A DNA stretch of 64,000 nucleotides from Alloprevotella sp. (GTDB lineage Bacteria > Bacteroidota > Bacteroidia > Bacteroidales > Bacteroidaceae), in assembly GCA_050873845.1 (NCBI GenBank), contig JBNMGC010000003.1:607-64606 (forward strand), in the 5' to 3' direction. Position 1 is the first letter of the stretch. Every line of letters starts with the position of its first letter. The notes under the pieces were generated by a model. It worked only from the letters and a program-made list of their open reading frames with translations, did no database searches and was not told the origin of the DNA. Shown piece after piece: positions 1 to 10,055 of the stretch. A program made the position numbers and the translations under genes.

Positions 1-321
1 CGCGTAAAAATCAAATATCGGGTTCGTAATAAGATTTCTGGTACGGCTGCCCGTCCTCGCTTGACTGTTTTCCGCAGTAACAAGCAGATCTACGTACAAA
101 TCATTAACGACGAGACTTCTTCTACTCTCGTTGCCGCTTCTTCGCTTGGCATGGAAGCCATGCCTAAGAAGGAACAGGCTGCCAAGGTTGGTGAGGCTGT
201 AGCTGCAAAGGCTATTGCTGCAGGTATTACCGAGGTTGTATTTGACCGTAACGGTTACCTCTACCATGGTCGTGTAAAGGAAGTAGCAGATGGTGCCCGT
301 AAAGGTGGACTTAAATTCTAA
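1..321 (+). CDS. rplR: 50S ribosomal protein L18 (5' end outside window)
   Basis: Frame open from base 1 ([28 protein letters not shown]...[11 protein letters not shown]); directly upstream of rpsE. Confidence 0.97.
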   Translation, partial: RVKIKYRVRNKISGTAARPRLTVFRSNKQIYVQIINDETSSTLVAASSLGMEAMPKKEQAAKVGEAVAAKAIAAGITEVVFDRNGYLYHGRVKEVADGARKGGLKF

Positions 322-329
322 ATAAGATT

Positions 330-836
330 ATGGCAAACAGAGTAAACGTAAATACAGAAGAGTTAAAGGATAGACTGGTTGCTATCAATCGTGTTGTCAA
401 GGTTACCAAGGGTGGCCGTACTTTCACATTCGCTGCTATCGTAGTAGTAGGTGATGGTAAGGGTGTCATTGGTTACGGTCTGGGTAAGGCTGGCGAAGTA
501 ACTGCAGCCATTGCTAAGGGCGTTGAGGCAGCAAAGAAGAATTTGATTAAGGTTCCCGTTCTCAAGGGTACTGTACCCCATGAGCAGTCTGCTCGCTTCG
601 GTGGTGCTGAGGTTCTTATCCTCCCCGCTTCTGAAGGTACTGGAGTTGTAGCTGGTGGCGCTATGCGTGCTGTGCTTGAGAGTGTTGGTGTGAAGGATGT
701 TTTGGCTAAGTCAAAGGGTTCTTCTAACCCCCACAACCTCGTTAAGGCTACAATCTTGGCTTTGAGTGAAATGCGTGATGCACGTACGGTGGCTCAGCAC
801 CGTGGTGTATCTTTGGAAAAAGTATTCAGAGGATAA
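330..836 (+). CDS. rpsE: 30S ribosomal protein S5
   Basis: [23 protein letters not shown] motif; spc operon position. Confidence 0.98.
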   Translation: MANRVNVNTEELKDRLVAINRVVKVTKGGRTFTFAAIVVVGDGKGVIGYGLGKAGEVTAAIAKGVEAAKKNLIKVPVLKGTVPHEQSARFGGAEVLILPASEGTGVVAGGAMRAVLESVGVKDVLAKSKGSSNPHNLVKATILALSEMRDARTVAQHRGVSLEKVFRG

Positions 837-842
837 AGAAAT

Positions 843-1019
843 ATGGCAACGATTAAGATACAACAGACGAAGAGCCGTATCGGTGCTCCCAAAGACCAAA
901 AGCGCACGCTTGATGCATTGGGTCTGACCAAATTGAATCATATTGTAGAGAAGGAGGATACTCCTATCATCCGTGGTATGATCCGCAAGGTACACCACTT
1001 AGTAACGGTCGTAGAATAA
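843..1019 (+). CDS. rpmD: 50S ribosomal protein L30 (58 aa, not in ORF track)
   Basis: Manual translation [58 protein letters not shown]; lies between rpsE and rplO. Confidence 0.97.
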   Translation: MATIKIQQTKSRIGAPKDQKRTLDALGLTKLNHIVEKEDTPIIRGMIRKVHHLVTVVE

Positions 1020-1040
1020 TTTTCAAATAAACGAAGCTTT

Positions 1041-1487
1041 ATGAAATTACATACTTTAAAGCCTGCTAATGGTGCTACTCATTCACGTAAGCGTATCGGC
1101 CGCGGTCCTGGTTCAGGCATGGGCGGTACATCTACACGTGGTCACAAAGGTGCCAAGCAGCGTTCTGGTTATAGCAAGAAGATTGGTTTTGAAGGTGGTC
1201 AGATGCCTTTGCAGCGTCGTCTTCCCAAGTTTGGTTTCAAGAACATTAACCGCGTAGAATACAAGGCTATCAATCTTTCTACAATTCAGGCTTTGGCAGA
1301 TGCTAAGGGTCTTGAGAAGATTGGTTTGGCTGAGCTCCGCGAAGCTGGTTTCATTTCTTCTAGCCAGTTGGTGAAGATTCTTGGTAATGGTGAACTCAAG
1401 TCAAAGTTGGCTGTTGAAGCTCATGCATTCTCCAAGACTGCCGAAGCTGCTATTACTGCAGTAGGTGGCACAGCTACTAAAATCTAA
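1041..1487 (+). CDS. rplO: 50S ribosomal protein L15
   Basis: [18 protein letters not shown] and [17 protein letters not shown] motifs. Confidence 0.98.
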   Translation: MKLHTLKPANGATHSRKRIGRGPGSGMGGTSTRGHKGAKQRSGYSKKIGFEGGQMPLQRRLPKFGFKNINRVEYKAINLSTIQALADAKGLEKIGLAELREAGFISSSQLVKILGNGELKSKLAVEAHAFSKTAEAAITAVGGTATKI

Positions 1488-1501
1488 TCAATCTTACTTC
1501 G

Positions 1502-2851
1502 ATGAAAAAAATAATCGAGACAATCAAGAACATTTGGAGAATTGAGGATTTGCGTACGCGTCTTCTCATTACGATTCTCTTTGTTGCTATTTATCGTTTT
1601 GGCTCATTTGTGGTGCTTCCTGGCATTGATCCTGCTCGTTTGCAGGCTTTGCAGAGCCAGACGAGTGAGGGCTTGATGTCTTTGTTGAATATGTTCTCGG
1701 GTGGTGCTTTTTCGAATGCTTCGGTATTTGCATTGGGTATCATGCCTTACATTTCGGCATCGATTGTCATGCAGCTTCTTGCCATTGCTGTGCCTTATTT
1801 TCAGAAGATGCAGCGTGAGGGTGAGAGTGGCCGTAGAAAGATCAACCAGATCACTCGTGTGCTTACAATAGCAATTTTGCTCTTCCAGGCTCCGACGTAT
1901 TTGATCAACTTGAAGGCTCAGACCGCTGGTTCTGGTGCATTCCTTGTTGGAGATGGATTTTGGTTCATGGCATCGTCTACGATTATCCTTGCGGCAGGTA
2001 GTATGTTTATCCTGTGGCTTGGCGAAAGAATTACTGATAAAGGTGTCGGCAATGGTGTATCGCTGATCATTATGATTGGTATTATTGCACGTATGCCGGT
2101 AGCCTTTGTTCAGGAATTCGTTACAGCATACAATGGTGCTGAAGGAGGTGGACTTATCAAGTTCCTCTTTGAGATTGTTGCTTTGCTTTTTGTGATGGCA
2201 TTGGCTATCATGTTGGTGAAGGCGACTCGCAAGGTGCCTGTACAGTATGCCCAGCGTATTGAAGGTAATCGCGCTGTGGGAGGTGCACGTCAGTACATTC
2301 CTCTCAAGCTTTTTGCAGCCAACGTGATGCCTATCATCTTCGCCCAGGCTATCATGTTCATCCCCCTGACTCTTGCCCAGACCGTTTCTAAGAACGGTGG
2401 AAGTTGGGCACTGCAGCAGTTCTTGGATCATACGAGTGTCCTTTATAATGTAGTGTTCGTCGTTCTGATTGTAGCATTTACATATTTCTATACAGCTATC
2501 ACTTTGAACCCTGTTCAGATGGCTGAGGATATGAAGCGAAACAATGGTTTTATTCCTGGTGTAAAGCCGGGTAAGCCTACAGCTGACTACTTGGATGATG
2601 TGATGAGTCGCATCACGTTCCCAGGTTCGCTTTTCATTGCTCTCATTGCAATTATGCCTGCTTTTGCTGGTATATTTGGTGTGAAGCAAGAATTTGCGCA
2701 GTTCTTCGGAGGTACTTCTCTGTTGATTCTGGTTGGTGTTGTTTTGGATACGCTACAGCAGATAGAGAGCCACTTGTTGGTACGTCATTACGATGGATTG
2801 CTCAATTCTGGACATGTCCGCACACGTTCAACGAAGGTAGCAGCTTATTAA
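1502..2851 (+). CDS. secY: Preprotein translocase subunit SecY
   Basis: Multi-pass membrane protein with ALGIMPYISASI, WLGERITDKGVGNG, FIPGVKPGKPT and FGGTSLLI motifs. Confidence 0.98.
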   Translation: MKKIIETIKNIWRIEDLRTRLLITILFVAIYRFGSFVVLPGIDPARLQALQSQTSEGLMSLLNMFSGGAFSNASVFALGIMPYISASIVMQLLAIAVPYFQKMQREGESGRRKINQITRVLTIAILLFQAPTYLINLKAQTAGSGAFLVGDGFWFMASSTIILAAGSMFILWLGERITDKGVGNGVSLIIMIGIIARMPVAFVQEFVTAYNGAEGGGLIKFLFEIVALLFVMALAIMLVKATRKVPVQYAQRIEGNRAVGGARQYIPLKLFAANVMPIIFAQAIMFIPLTLAQTVSKNGGSWALQQFLDHTSVLYNVVFVVLIVAFTYFYTAITLNPVQMAEDMKRNNGFIPGVKPGKPTADYLDDVMSRITFPGSLFIALIAIMPAFAGIFGVKQEFAQFFGGTSLLILVGVVLDTLQQIESHLLVRHYDGLLNSGHVRTRSTKVAAY

Positions 2852-2866
2852 ACTTCTATAGTCTGA

Positions 2867-3661
2867 ATGATTTATCTGAAGACCGACGACGAGATAGAGC
2901 TATTGCGCAAGGCTAATTTATTGGTTAGTGCAACGCTCACGGAAATAGCTAAAATTGTTGAGCCGGGTGTTACGACCCGTCAGTTGGACACCTTGGCTGA
3001 ACAATTTATTAGGGATCATGGTGCGGAGCCTACTTTCAAGGGTTTCCCCAATCCTTTTGGTGGACCATTTCCTGCTTCCATATGTACATCAGTCAACAAT
3101 GTGGTTGTACATGGTATTCCGAATGACGTTCCGCTTCGTGATGGTGATATAGTTTCAGTTGATTGCGGTACTCACATTGATGGTTTTTGTGGAGATTCTT
3201 GCTACACGTTTTGTGTGGGCGAGGTGAAGCCTGAGGTGAAGGAGCTTCTTCGTGTTACGAAGGAGTCGCTTTACAAGGGCATAGAGCAAGCCGTTGCGGG
3301 TCATCGTTTGGGTGATATAGGTTACGCTGTCCAGCACCATTGCGAGGAGCATGGTTATGGAGTTGTGCGTGAGTTTGTGGGTCACGGCATCGGTCATGAG
3401 ATGCACGAGGATCCTCAGGTGCCCAATTATGGTACTCGTGGGAGTGGCAAGCAGATCAAGAATGGTCTTTGCATAGCTATTGAGCCAATGATTACGAAGG
3501 GTAGTCCAGAATTGGCTATGCTTGAAGATCGTTGGGGCGTGATAACGCGTGATGGTAAGCCGGCTGCTCATTTTGAGCATACGATAGCCATTCATCATGG
3601 CAAGGCCGACATTATGTCATCGTTTAAGGAAATAGAAGAAGTAGAAAGTCAAAAATCTTAA
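2867..3661 (+). CDS. map: Type I methionine aminopeptidase
   Basis: [30 protein letters not shown] and AHFEHT metal-ligand motifs; follows secY. Confidence 0.97.
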   Translation: MIYLKTDDEIELLRKANLLVSATLTEIAKIVEPGVTTRQLDTLAEQFIRDHGAEPTFKGFPNPFGGPFPASICTSVNNVVVHGIPNDVPLRDGDIVSVDCGTHIDGFCGDSCYTFCVGEVKPEVKELLRVTKESLYKGIEQAVAGHRLGDIGYAVQHHCEEHGYGVVREFVGHGIGHEMHEDPQVPNYGTRGSGKQIKNGLCIAIEPMITKGSPELAMLEDRWGVITRDGKPAAHFEHTIAIHHGKADIMSSFKEIEEVESQKS

Positions 3662-3662
3662 T

Positions 3663-3881
3663 ATGGCAAAAGAAGCTGCTATTGAACAAGACGGGACGAT
3701 CGTTGAAGCATTGAGCAATGCTATGTTCCGTGTAGAATTAGAGAACGGGCACGAAATCACTGCTCACATATCAGGTAAGATGCGTATGCATTATATCAAG
3801 ATATTGCCGGGCGACAAGGTGAAAGTAGAAATGAGTCCGTATGATCTTTCGAAAGGAAGAATTGTGTTCAGATACAAATAA
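3663..3881 (+). CDS. infA: Translation initiation factor IF-1
   Basis: [29 protein letters not shown] motif. Confidence 0.98.
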   Translation: MAKEAAIEQDGTIVEALSNAMFRVELENGHEITAHISGKMRMHYIKILPGDKVKVEMSPYDLSKGRIVFRYK

Positions 3882-3891
3882 ACAAAACATA

Positions 3892-4008
3892 ATGAAAACA
3901 AGAGCATCATTAAAGAAACGGTCTGCAGATTGCAAGATTGTACGTCGTAAAGGCCGTCTGTTTGTGATTAACAAGAAGAACCCTAAGTTCAAAATGCGTC
4001 AGGGTTAA
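3892..4008 (+). CDS. rpmJ: 50S ribosomal protein L36, form lacking most zinc-ribbon ligands (38 aa, not in ORF track)
   Basis: Manual translation [38 protein letters not shown]; between infA and rpsM. Confidence 0.96.
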   Translation: MKTRASLKKRSADCKIVRRKGRLFVINKKNPKFKMRQG

Positions 4009-4036
4009 CCAAGTTCCGCAATAAATAAAAATAAAT

Positions 4037-4417
4037 ATGGCAATAAGAATTGTTGGTGTAGACCTCCCTCAGAACAAGCGTGGTGAGATCGCCCTGACCT
4101 ACATCTACGGTATAGGTCGTAGTAGCTCGGCAAAAATCTTGGACGAAGCCGGCATTGACAGAGATATCAAAGTGAAGGACTGGACTGACGAGCAGGCTGG
4201 TAAGATCCGTGAGATCATTGCCTCTGGCTACAAGGTAGAAGGTGACCTTCGCTCTGAGATTCAGCTGAACATCAAGCGCCTGATGGATATCGGTTGCTAC
4301 CGTGGTGTTCGTCACCGTAACGGACTCCCCGTACGTGGCCAAAGCACAAAGAACAATGCTCGTACTCGCAAGGGTCGCAAGAAGACCGTTGCTAACAAGA
4401 AGAAAGCTACTAAATAA
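4037..4417 (+). CDS. rpsM: 30S ribosomal protein S13
   Basis: ALTYIYGIG and [26 protein letters not shown] motifs. Confidence 0.98.
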   Translation: MAIRIVGVDLPQNKRGEIALTYIYGIGRSSSAKILDEAGIDRDIKVKDWTDEQAGKIREIIASGYKVEGDLRSEIQLNIKRLMDIGCYRGVRHRNGLPVRGQSTKNNARTRKGRKKTVANKKKATK

Positions 4418-4426
4418 TAAATAAAT

Positions 4427-4816
4427 ATGGCAAAGAAAACAGTTGCAGCAAAGAAGAGAAATGTGAAGGTTGACGCAATGGGTCAGCTTCATGTTCACAG
4501 CTCTTTCAACAATATCATTGTGTCTCTTGCAAACAGCGAGGGCCAGATTATTTCTTGGTCTTCTGCCGGTAAGATGGGCTTCCGTGGTTCTAAGAAGAAC
4601 ACTCCTTACGCTGCCCAGATGGCCGCTCAGGATTGCGCCAAAGTAGCTTACGACCTTGGTCTTCGCAAGGTGAAGGCTTACGTTAAGGGTCCGGGTAATG
4701 GTCGTGAATCAGCTATCCGTGCTATCCACGGTGCTGGTATCGCAGTAACTGAGATTATCGACGTTACTCCGCTTCCTCACAACGGCTGCCGTCCTCCGAA
4801 GCGCAGAAGAGTATAA
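4427..4816 (+). CDS. rpsK: 30S ribosomal protein S11
   Basis: [20 protein letters not shown] and [18 protein letters not shown] motifs. Confidence 0.98.
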   Translation: MAKKTVAAKKRNVKVDAMGQLHVHSSFNNIIVSLANSEGQIISWSSAGKMGFRGSKKNTPYAAQMAAQDCAKVAYDLGLRKVKAYVKGPGNGRESAIRAIHGAGIAVTEIIDVTPLPHNGCRPPKRRRV

Positions 4817-4855
4817 CACATACGTTAGTTTTACAGTAAAAGAAATAAGAAAACA

Positions 4856-5464
4856 ATGGCAAGATATATTGGCCCTAAGTCTCGTATCGCCCGTAAGTTT
4901 GGTGAGGCTATCTTCGGTGCTGACAAAGTGTTGGCAAAGCGCAACTTCCCTCCTGGCCAGCATGGTAACAACCGTCGTCGCAAGACTTCTGAATATGGTA
5001 TCATGCTCGCTGAGAAGCAGAAGGCTAAGTATACATACGGTGTGCTTGAAAAGCAGTTCCGCAACCTTTTCGATAAGGCCGCTTCTGCATCAGGCATTAC
5101 TGGTGAGATTCTTCTCCAGAGCCTTGAGTGCCGTCTCGACAATGTAGTATACCGTCTTGGTATTGCTCCTACTCGTGCCGCTGCTCGTCAGCTCGTCAAT
5201 CACAAGCACATCACTGTAGACGGTCGTGTGGTAAACATCGCTTCTTATAGCGTTAAGCCTGGTCAGATCGTAGCAGTTCGTGAAAAGTCGAAGTCTCTTG
5301 AAGTTATTGCAGATTCACTGGCAGGCTTCAACCACAGCAAGTATCCTTGGATTGAATGGGATGAGACTTCAAAGAGCGGTAAGCTCCTTCACAAGCCCGA
5401 ACGTGCAGACATCCCTGAGAACATCAAGGAGCAGTTGATCGTCGAGTTGTACTCTAAAAACTAA
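4856..5464 (+). CDS. rpsD: 30S ribosomal protein S4
   Basis: [27 protein letters not shown] and [14 protein letters not shown] motifs. Confidence 0.98.
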   Translation: MARYIGPKSRIARKFGEAIFGADKVLAKRNFPPGQHGNNRRRKTSEYGIMLAEKQKAKYTYGVLEKQFRNLFDKAASASGITGEILLQSLECRLDNVVYRLGIAPTRAAARQLVNHKHITVDGRVVNIASYSVKPGQIVAVREKSKSLEVIADSLAGFNHSKYPWIEWDETSKSGKLLHKPERADIPENIKEQLIVELYSKN

Positions 5465-5484
5465 TCAATAATTCCCTTACATTC

Positions 5485-6477
5485 ATGGCGATATTAGCAT
5501 TTCAAAAACCTGACAAAGTAATAATGTTGGAAAACGACCCCAAGTACGGAAAGTTTGAGTTTCGTCCTTTGGAGCCTGGTTTCGGCACTACTGTCGGAAA
5601 TGCATTGCGTCGTATCCTTCTTTCATCGCTCGAGGGCTTCGCTATCAACACTATCAAGATTGAGGGTGTTGAGCACGAGTTTGCCACCGTGCCTGGTGTA
5701 AAGGAAGACGTGACCAACATTATACTCAACTTGAAGCAAGTTCGTTTCAAGCAGATTGTAGATGAATACGAAACAGAGAAGGCTACTATCACCATCTCTA
5801 ACTCCACCGAGTTTAAGGCTGGTGATATCAGTAAGTTTCTCAATGGATTTGAAGTGTTAAATCCTGAATTAGTGATTTGTCACTTAGATTCTAAAGCCAC
5901 GATGCAGATAACAATCTCCATCAACAAGGGTAGAGGTTACGTTCCCGCTGACGAGAATCGTGAGTTCTGCCAGGACATCCACGAGATTGCTATCGACTCT
6001 ATTTACACTCCTATCCGTAATGTGAAGTATGCAGTTGAGCCTTTCCGTGTAGAGCAGAAGACTGACTACGACAAGCTCGTGCTTGAAATCACAACGGACG
6101 GTTCCATTCACCCGAGAGAAGCCCTTAAGGAGGCCGCTAAGATTCTTATCTACCACTTCATGCTCTTCTCTGACGAGAAGATTACTATGGAGGACAAGGC
6201 AGACGAGGATAATGAAGAGTTCGATGAAGAGGTGCTCCACATGCGCCAGTTGCTCAAGACTAAGCTGACCGATATGAACCTTTCGGTTCGTGCGCTCAAC
6301 TGCTTGAAGGCTGCCGATGTAGAGACGCTTGGCGAACTTGTTCAGTACAACAAGAACGACCTCTTGAAGTTCCGCAACTTCGGTAAGAAATCGCTCACTG
6401 AGCTTGATGATTTGCTCGAGAGTCTGAATCTGTCGTTTGGAACTGACATTTCTAAGTATAAATTAGATAAAGATTAA
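5485..6477 (+). CDS. rpoA: RNA polymerase alpha subunit
   Basis: [21 protein letters not shown] motif; C-terminal [10 protein letters not shown] and FRNFGKKSL. Confidence 0.98.
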   Translation: MAILAFQKPDKVIMLENDPKYGKFEFRPLEPGFGTTVGNALRRILLSSLEGFAINTIKIEGVEHEFATVPGVKEDVTNIILNLKQVRFKQIVDEYETEKATITISNSTEFKAGDISKFLNGFEVLNPELVICHLDSKATMQITISINKGRGYVPADENREFCQDIHEIAIDSIYTPIRNVKYAVEPFRVEQKTDYDKLVLEITTDGSIHPREALKEAAKILIYHFMLFSDEKITMEDKADEDNEEFDEEVLHMRQLLKTKLTDMNLSVRALNCLKAADVETLGELVQYNKNDLLKFRNFGKKSLTELDDLLESLNLSFGTDISKYKLDKD

Positions 6478-6485
6478 TATCTGAA

Positions 6486-6971
6486 ATGAGACACAATAAG
6501 AAATTCAACCATCTGAGCCGTACTGCTTCTCACAGAAGCGCCATGCTCTCCAACATGGCTTGCTCTTTGATCAAGCACAAAAGAATCACTACGACTCTGG
6601 CCAAGGCTAAGGCGCTGAAGAAGTACGTAGAGCCCCTGATCACCAAGAGCAAGGACGATACTATGAACTCTCGTCGTGTAGTGTTCAGCTATCTTCAGGA
6701 CAAGGTTGCCGTAACAGAGCTTTTCCGCGAAGTTCGCGCTAAGGTTCTCGACCGTCCCGGTGGCTATACTCGTATCATCAAGACTGGCTTCCGTGCCAGC
6801 GATGCTTCTGAGATGTGCTTCATCGAACTCGTAGACTTCGATGAGAACATGGCCAAGACTAAGAAGAAGGCAACTCGTACTCGTCGTAGCAAGAAGGCCG
6901 CAGCTCCCGCAGCTGAAGCTCCTGCAACTGAAGCTACCGAGGCCCCTGCTGAAGAAGCAAAGGCTGAGTAA
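6486..6971 (+). CDS. rplQ: 50S ribosomal protein L17 with Ala/Glu-rich C-terminal tail
   Basis: [17 protein letters not shown] and [10 protein letters not shown] motifs. Confidence 0.98.
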   Translation: MRHNKKFNHLSRTASHRSAMLSNMACSLIKHKRITTTLAKAKALKKYVEPLITKSKDDTMNSRRVVFSYLQDKVAVTELFREVRAKVLDRPGGYTRIIKTGFRASDASEMCFIELVDFDENMAKTKKKATRTRRSKKAAAPAAEAPATEATEAPAEEAKAE

Positions 6972-7029
6972 TACCACGCTCACAAGTCCGCAGGTGTGTC
7001 CAAGCACCTGTGGCTCTTATACCATAACT

Positions 7030-7064
7030 AACGGAATCTCTCTCTTGAGGGGTTCCGTTTTTTT
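7030..7064 (+). terminator. Intrinsic terminator of the spc/alpha operon
   Basis: AACGGAATCTCTC-loop-GAGGGGTTCCGTT followed by a T-run, just after rplQ. Confidence 0.8.
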
Positions 7065-7139
7065 GGGGTATGCAGTGTATTGTTTCGATGTTTCGGCCGG
7101 GGATGCTCGGATAGGAGACGTAGATTGAATTCCAATTTT

Positions 7140-7320
7140 AAGCCTTGCTCGGCATCGAGCCTTCGCAAGCCTTGCCGAAGCGAGACGCTTCGCCCCCACT
7201 GCCAATGAACTTACCTCTTGGTTTGTGCGGGATGAGGCCGATGCGAGACGTTTCGCCGCCACTGCCAATGAACTTACCTCTTGGTTAGGGTTGATGCCGA
7301 CGCGAGACGCGTTGCCCACA
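7140..7320. repeat. Partial nested REP cluster (two B-type right arms and one A-type right arm)
   Basis: GCCGAAGCGAGACGCTTCGCCCCCAC at 7174, degenerate copy at about 7237, GCCGACGCGAGACGCGTTGCCCAC at about 7296. Confidence 0.8.
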
Positions 7321-7428
7321 GGACTGGGTGAAATGTTTTAATGGATAGCAACATTTTCAAAGGCGGAAAATAGCTCGCCTCATGCGTAGAGTCTACGTTA
7401 ATAGTTTGGTGGTATAGAGCTAATATTG

Positions 7429-7584
7429 TATCTTTGTAATAAGATAGGCTGCGGCTCGGCACAACATTCAAGCAAGCTTGATGTTCTGCTCTCACCTTGC
7501 ACTATCTTTGTAATAAGATAGGCTGCGGCTCGGCACAACATTCAAGCAAGCTTGATGTTCTGCTCTCACCTTGCACTATCTTTG
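7429..7584 (+). repeat. Tandem duplication of a 74-bp unit bounded by TATCTTTG promoter -7 boxes
   Basis: TATCTTTG at 7429, 7503 and 7577 with identical 74-bp units between them; related copies near 43467 (minus strand) and 61636. Confidence 0.9.
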
Positions 7585-7601
7585 CCGTGTATAATATACG
7601 C
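7577..7601 (+). promoter_or_regulatory. Promoter -7 box with an adjacent candidate NrtR-type operator
   Basis: TATCTTTG (7577-7584) followed by near-palindrome GTGTATAATATACGC (7587-7601) containing a GT-N7-AC core. Confidence 0.5.
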
Positions 7602-7612
7602 ACTTATATTTT

Positions 7613-8305
7613 ATGAGCGAGAATCAATATTGTTACAAGTATCCACATCCTGCGGTTACTACGGACTGTGTGATCTTTGGGTTTGATGGCAAGAGCCTTC
7701 AAGTGTTGCTTATAGAGCGAGGTATAGAGCCCTATAAAGGTCGTTGGGCATTTCCCGGTGGCTTCCTTAATCCGGATGAAAGTGCTGAACAGGGAGCACT
7801 CAGAGAACTGAGGGAGGAAACTGGGCTTGATAAGGCCTACATAGAGCAATTTCATACTTATACAACGCCCGATCGCGATCCTCGTGAACGAGTGATCACC
7901 ATAGCTTATTATGCCCTGGTGCGTATACAGGAGGTATGTGGAGGTGATGATGCCGCACGTGCCAGATGGTTCCCCATAGAAGATGTACCACAGTTGGCAT
8001 TCGATCACGACCGTATATTGAGAGATGCCACGCGCAAGATTCGTGAGCGTATTCACTTCCAGCCCATAGGCTTCGAGTTGCTGCCAGAAAAATTTACGAT
8101 GAAGGAACTCCAACTGCTCTATGAAGCCATATTGGACGTTAAGTTCGATCGTCGTAACTTTTCGAAGAAGATGATGCACTATGAACTGTTGAACCAGCTG
8201 AATGAAACTACATGGCCCACACCTAAGCGTGAAGCTCAACTCTATTCTTTCAACAAGGAAAAATACGAGGAGTTTAAGAAGAAGGGCTTCCTCATAGAGT
8301 TTTGA
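7613..8305 (+). CDS. NrtR-family regulator (Nudix domain plus winged helix)
   Basis: Nudix box PGGFLNPDESAEQGALRELREETGL, RDPRERVITIAY, LAFDH; C-terminal FTMKELQLLYEAIL..FDRRNF. Confidence 0.9.
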   Translation: MSENQYCYKYPHPAVTTDCVIFGFDGKSLQVLLIERGIEPYKGRWAFPGGFLNPDESAEQGALRELREETGLDKAYIEQFHTYTTPDRDPRERVITIAYYALVRIQEVCGGDDAARARWFPIEDVPQLAFDHDRILRDATRKIRERIHFQPIGFELLPEKFTMKELQLLYEAILDVKFDRRNFSKKMMHYELLNQLNETTWPTPKREAQLYSFNKEKYEEFKKKGFLIEF

Positions 8306-8493
8306 TCCGTTGGCGGAGTTAGGGGGTGAATATATATTGTCATCCGCTCTTGTGCATGGCAAGGGGATGGGGAAGAAGAGTATGAGACGATTCGTTGGAA
8401 TCGTGTATATGTGATGGATGGGCGGGAGAATGGAGGCGATTCTTGTAGGCCCAGTGAATGTGAGTGCAAAGGTGAGGAGAAATTTTTATAACT

Positions 8494-9056
8494 GCAAAAA
8501 GAGTGTACAAACTGTTCACTTTTTCTGCGTTTGATCTTGTGCCGAGTAGCGCCTCACGCATACGCGCACGTGCGCGCTCCGTCAGTTTTGGGGATGAAAT
8601 GATTGCATCTGTCACACGTTAGCTTCGTTCTCGTTGATTATCAGCCTTGTAGATGAGATGAGATATGCACCTTCGCTTGCACTTTTGCCTACACTCTGCT
8701 TGCACGACGGAGCCTTTGCTCGAATGATTGCAGGGGGGAATAATCGAAACGGAAGCAAGGGGTAATTAAGACGGCAGCAGGGGGTAATCAAAATGACAGC
8801 AGGGGGTAATCAAAATGACAGCAGGGGGTAATCAAAATGACAGCAGGGGATAATCAAAATGACAGCAAGGGATAATAGAGACCGTCTGGGCGGAGTGTAG
8901 GCAGAGTGCAAGCAAAGTGTAGGCAGAGTGCAAGCAAAGTGTAGGCAAAATGTAGGAGCATTCTTCTTTAAATCTTTGATAATCAGGTAAATATGTGCTG
9001 ATGATGACGCTGTGTAGGTATTTACATGGTGAAATTCGCTGTATACGCGCGCGAGG
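8494..9056. repeat. Large degenerate foldback element (copy 1) with central 22-bp tandem arrays
   Basis: Starts with palindrome AAAAAGAGTGTACAAACTGTTCACTTTTT; arm TTTTGCCTACACTCTGCTTGCAC opposite GTGCAAGCAAAGTGTAGGCAAAA; unit GCAGGGGGTAATCAAAATGACA repeated about 6 times at 8730-8876. Confidence 0.75.
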
Positions 9057-9212
9057 GCGGACGTTATGAGATTCATTTTGCCGTGTGCGATATAATCAAA
9101 AAGTGAGCCCATAGGAGGGGTAGACTGAGTGTCTTGCTTCCTATGGGCTTACTGCTTGGTTGTGGGCGATGCGGACGCACGAGGACGCGTCTACACAACT
9201 GTGAGAGTCAAT

Positions 9213-9425
9213 TCAGCCAATACTGGGGGCGACGCGTCCTCGCGTCGGCATCATCCACAAATCAAGAGATGGCTCAATAGGAAGTGGAGCGTCTGTAGCT
9301 CGCAGGCGATGCCGACGCGAGGACGCGTAGCCCCCGGTATTGGCTGATAGACTTTCTGTCGATAGATTCCGGCATCGCGCCTCGCGTGGCAAGCCGAAGC
9401 GAGACGCTTCGCCCCCACTGCCTAT
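9213..9425. repeat. REP doublet (A-type) plus an orphan B-type arm
   Basis: TCAGCCAATACTGGGGGCGACGCGTCCTCGCGTCGGCATC ... GATGCCGACGCGAGGACGCGTAGCCCCCGGTATTGGCTGA, then GCCGAAGCGAGACGCTTCGCCCCCAC. Confidence 0.85.
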
Positions 9426-9522
9426 TTTAGCATCCTCGTTGGACAAATAGGAATTGATAATCGGAAATACAATCTCTGTTTATGTTAATTAACATAATCG
9501 GGGGTAAATTAAAGCATTTGCT

Positions 9523-9530
9523 TAGCTTTG
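9523..9530 (+). promoter_or_regulatory. Bacteroidota housekeeping promoter -7 box
   Basis: TAGCTTTG 30 bp upstream of the 9561 start codon. Confidence 0.6.
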
Positions 9531-9560
9531 CACAGAATATATTAACTAATATCTAAATAT

Positions 9561-10049
9561 ATGAAGAAAACTTTATGGATGCTATCCGCTATGTTCTTCT
9601 TGTCGAGCATGGCTTGGGCGGGAAGTTCAGGTGTGACTTTCTTGCTGCGTAGTGGGCAGAAGGTAAGTTTTGCTTTCACGCAAAAGCCAGTCATTGCAGT
9701 GAGCAATAGCGAATTGTCGGTGTCGGTAGCAGGCGTGCAGAGAGTAAGTTATGCTTATGCTGATGTGCAGCGCGTGTTTCTTAGCGACGATGTGGCTTCA
9801 GGCATTGCTCCCGTGCAGGCCGATCCGTCTCAGCAGAGCGTGACGTTCTCTTGGCAAGATGGTGTGCTCAGCGTCTCTGGCTTAAGTCGCAATGAGCAAG
9901 TGCGCGTCTACGCCCTTGATGGCAAACTGGCTTTGTCGGGTCAAGCGCAGGCTGATGGTGCGCTGCTGCTTTCTTTCTCATCCCTTCCTCAAGGCGTCTA
10001 CGTAGTTCGCACGCAAGGCGGCCTTAGTTACAAACTCTTCAACAAGTAA
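9561..10049 (+). CDS. Small secreted protein with a T9SS type A C-terminal sorting domain
   Basis: Signal peptide ending SMAWA; C-terminus VRVYALDGKL...SLPQGVYVVRTQGGLSYKLFNK. Confidence 0.85.
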   Translation: MKKTLWMLSAMFFLSSMAWAGSSGVTFLLRSGQKVSFAFTQKPVIAVSNSELSVSVAGVQRVSYAYADVQRVFLSDDVASGIAPVQADPSQQSVTFSWQDGVLSVSGLSRNEQVRVYALDGKLALSGQAQADGALLLSFSSLPQGVYVVRTQGGLSYKLFNK

Positions 10050-10055
10050 GATTCT

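Noticed and set aside
3892-4008. Zinc-ligand-poor L36 in the main ribosomal operon as a novelty
   Set aside because: This form at this position is common in Bacteroidota.
8306-8322. CCGTTGGCGGAGTTAG resembling one end of the MITE
   Set aside because: Single short match with no partner end or interior; at most a remnant.
8730-8950. CRISPR array reading of the 22-bp repeats (also 17660-17838, 54098-54262 and the 74-bp duplication)
   Set aside because: Units are directly adjacent with no unique spacers, and there are no cas genes in the window.
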